A stretch of 64,000 bases of DNA. It comes from a virus. Every line of letters begins with the position of its first letter. The first letter of the stretch is position 1. Shown in pieces: positions 63,154 to 64,000 of the stretch. The DNA lies in the IMG/VR virus record IMGVR_UViG_3300021468_000001, positions 10,683 to 74,682 of that record, one strand, 5' to 3'. The position numbers and the translations under genes were made by a program. The notes beneath the pieces were generated by a model. It ran no database searches. It saw only the letters and a program-made list of their open reading frames with translations, and was not told the DNA's origin.

Positions 63154-63573
63154 CTAAAAAAGGTCTGACGTAATTAGCCATCCCCTGTGTTCTTCAAGAA
63201 AATCAATTGTTTCCTTCGTTGGATATATTCGATAGTTTGTTACATTCGACAGCTCAATGGCTTTTCTCACTCCCTCAATAAACGCATCATCACATTCGCG
63301 CACTTCAGTCTCGTCAAAGAGTTCTTCAATCGCATCAATCGGGCCGGGGATATACTTCCCGGGCGAATCAAGGAGGGCGGCTTTCAGGAAGGAGCAACTC
63401 CCGACCGCTGTGTGGGGTAGCCTCAAATACTTCTTCATGGCTTTATCACGCGCCTCTTTATCGTAGTCCCACCGGAAGTAAGCGCTTCCCATGATATTGC
63501 TTTTAACGGCCGCCAATTCTTGGCGAGAGAACATCTCTTCTTTGAATGCCACGAGAACATACTCTGCACTCAT
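63154..63573 (-). CDS. Hypothetical protein
   Basis: AAGGAG RBS. Confidence 0.65.
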   Translation of the reverse strand: MSAEYVLVAFKEEMFSRQELAAVKSNIMGSAYFRWDYDKEARDKAMKKYLRLPHTAVGSCSFLKAALLDSPGKYIPGPIDAIEELFDETEVRECDDAFIEGVRKAIELSNVTNYRIYPTKETIDFLEEHRGWLITSDLF

Positions 63574-63788
63574 TTTTCGGTCTCCTTCTGACATTTGGGG
63601 CACTTGAAAATAAAAACCCTGTCATCATCCAGTTTCCCTAGCGCCTCAAGCACATCAACGCCTATTTCGAATCCAGGAACAATTTTGGCGTAGGCGACAA
63701 AGAGCATGTTGTTGCCCCAATGTTCAGTAAGGGCGTCAATAATGTCTTTTGCTTTCCACTTCGCACCACAACAAGGACACTCTATCAC
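63570..63788 (-). CDS. Zn-ribbon protein (paralog 1)
   Basis: CPCCG..W..FEIGVDVL..CPKCQ. Confidence 0.7.
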   Translation of the reverse strand: MIECPCCGAKWKAKDIIDALTEHWGNNMLFVAYAKIVPGFEIGVDVLEALGKLDDDRVFIFKCPKCQKETEK

Positions 63789-64000
63789 TTCTCTTCCTCC
63801 TGCTGACATTCAGGGCATCTGGTGATAAGGAACCCCACTCTGTCCGCCAATGGCAAACTCATAAGCACGTCTATTCCCATCTCGAACTCGCCGCACTTGC
63901 CCCACAACGTAAATCTTTCGTCAGGATACTCTTCGTAAACAACGTCCATCAATTCTTGATATTTCCATACCTTGCCACATCCGATACACCGCACTTCTGG
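63785..64000 (-). CDS. Zn-ribbon protein (paralog 2), start may lie outside the window
   Basis: CIGCG..W..FEMGIDVL..CPECQ. Confidence 0.7.
   Translation of the reverse strand, partial: PEVRCIGCGKVWKYQELMDVVYEEYPDERFTLWGKCGEFEMGIDVLMSLPLADRVGFLITRCPECQQEEEK

Larger units (their letters stand above)
1..64000. mobile_element. Tailed bacteriophage genome (large part; siphovirus-like, Mu-like head module)
   Basis: Terminase, portal, protease, capsid, tail tube and tape measure in canonical order; primase-helicase; dense small ORFs; bacterial promoters and GGAGG RBSs; no host genes. Confidence 0.96.

Noticed and set aside
1-64000. Integrase/repressor module, tRNA genes, alternative genetic code, archaeal host
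   Set aside because: None recognised; genes translate intact in code 11 and promoters are bacterial -35/-10 type

Overview
The window is most of a tailed bacteriophage genome (siphovirus-type tail, Mu-like head genes). No host housekeeping genes or integrase are visible. Divergent sigma70-type promoters at ~16.06-16.26 kb split it into two transcription units. Rightward (16.3-50.6 kb) lie: TerS; intein-containing TerL; portal; an ASCH-like/Dam-type methyltransferase fusion; an NTase + ATP-dependent DNA ligase + LigD-phosphoesterase-like protein; a doubled prohead protease; the major capsid protein; a three-domain glycosyltransferase; neck, tail tube, chaperone, tape measure and tail tip genes; fibres; a lysis cassette with no obvious endolysin; and further methyl- and glycosyltransferases. 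Leftward lie ~45 small genes (1-16 kb) and, at 50.6-64 kb, a primase-helicase with an adjacent iteron origin, a PD-(D/E)XK nuclease, an annealing/SSB-like pair, a radical SAM enzyme and more small genes. The most notable observations are: (1) a DNA repair/modification enzyme pair in the MuF slot of the head module; (2) a ~335-nt highly structured ncRNA with its own promoter and terminator; (3) a second three-way-junction RNA; (4) a repeated 15-nt RBS/stop-start junction linking small genes, in a region with several paralogous families; (5) an extensive candidate virion glycosylation kit. All family assignments come from motif recognition by eye, not from database searches.
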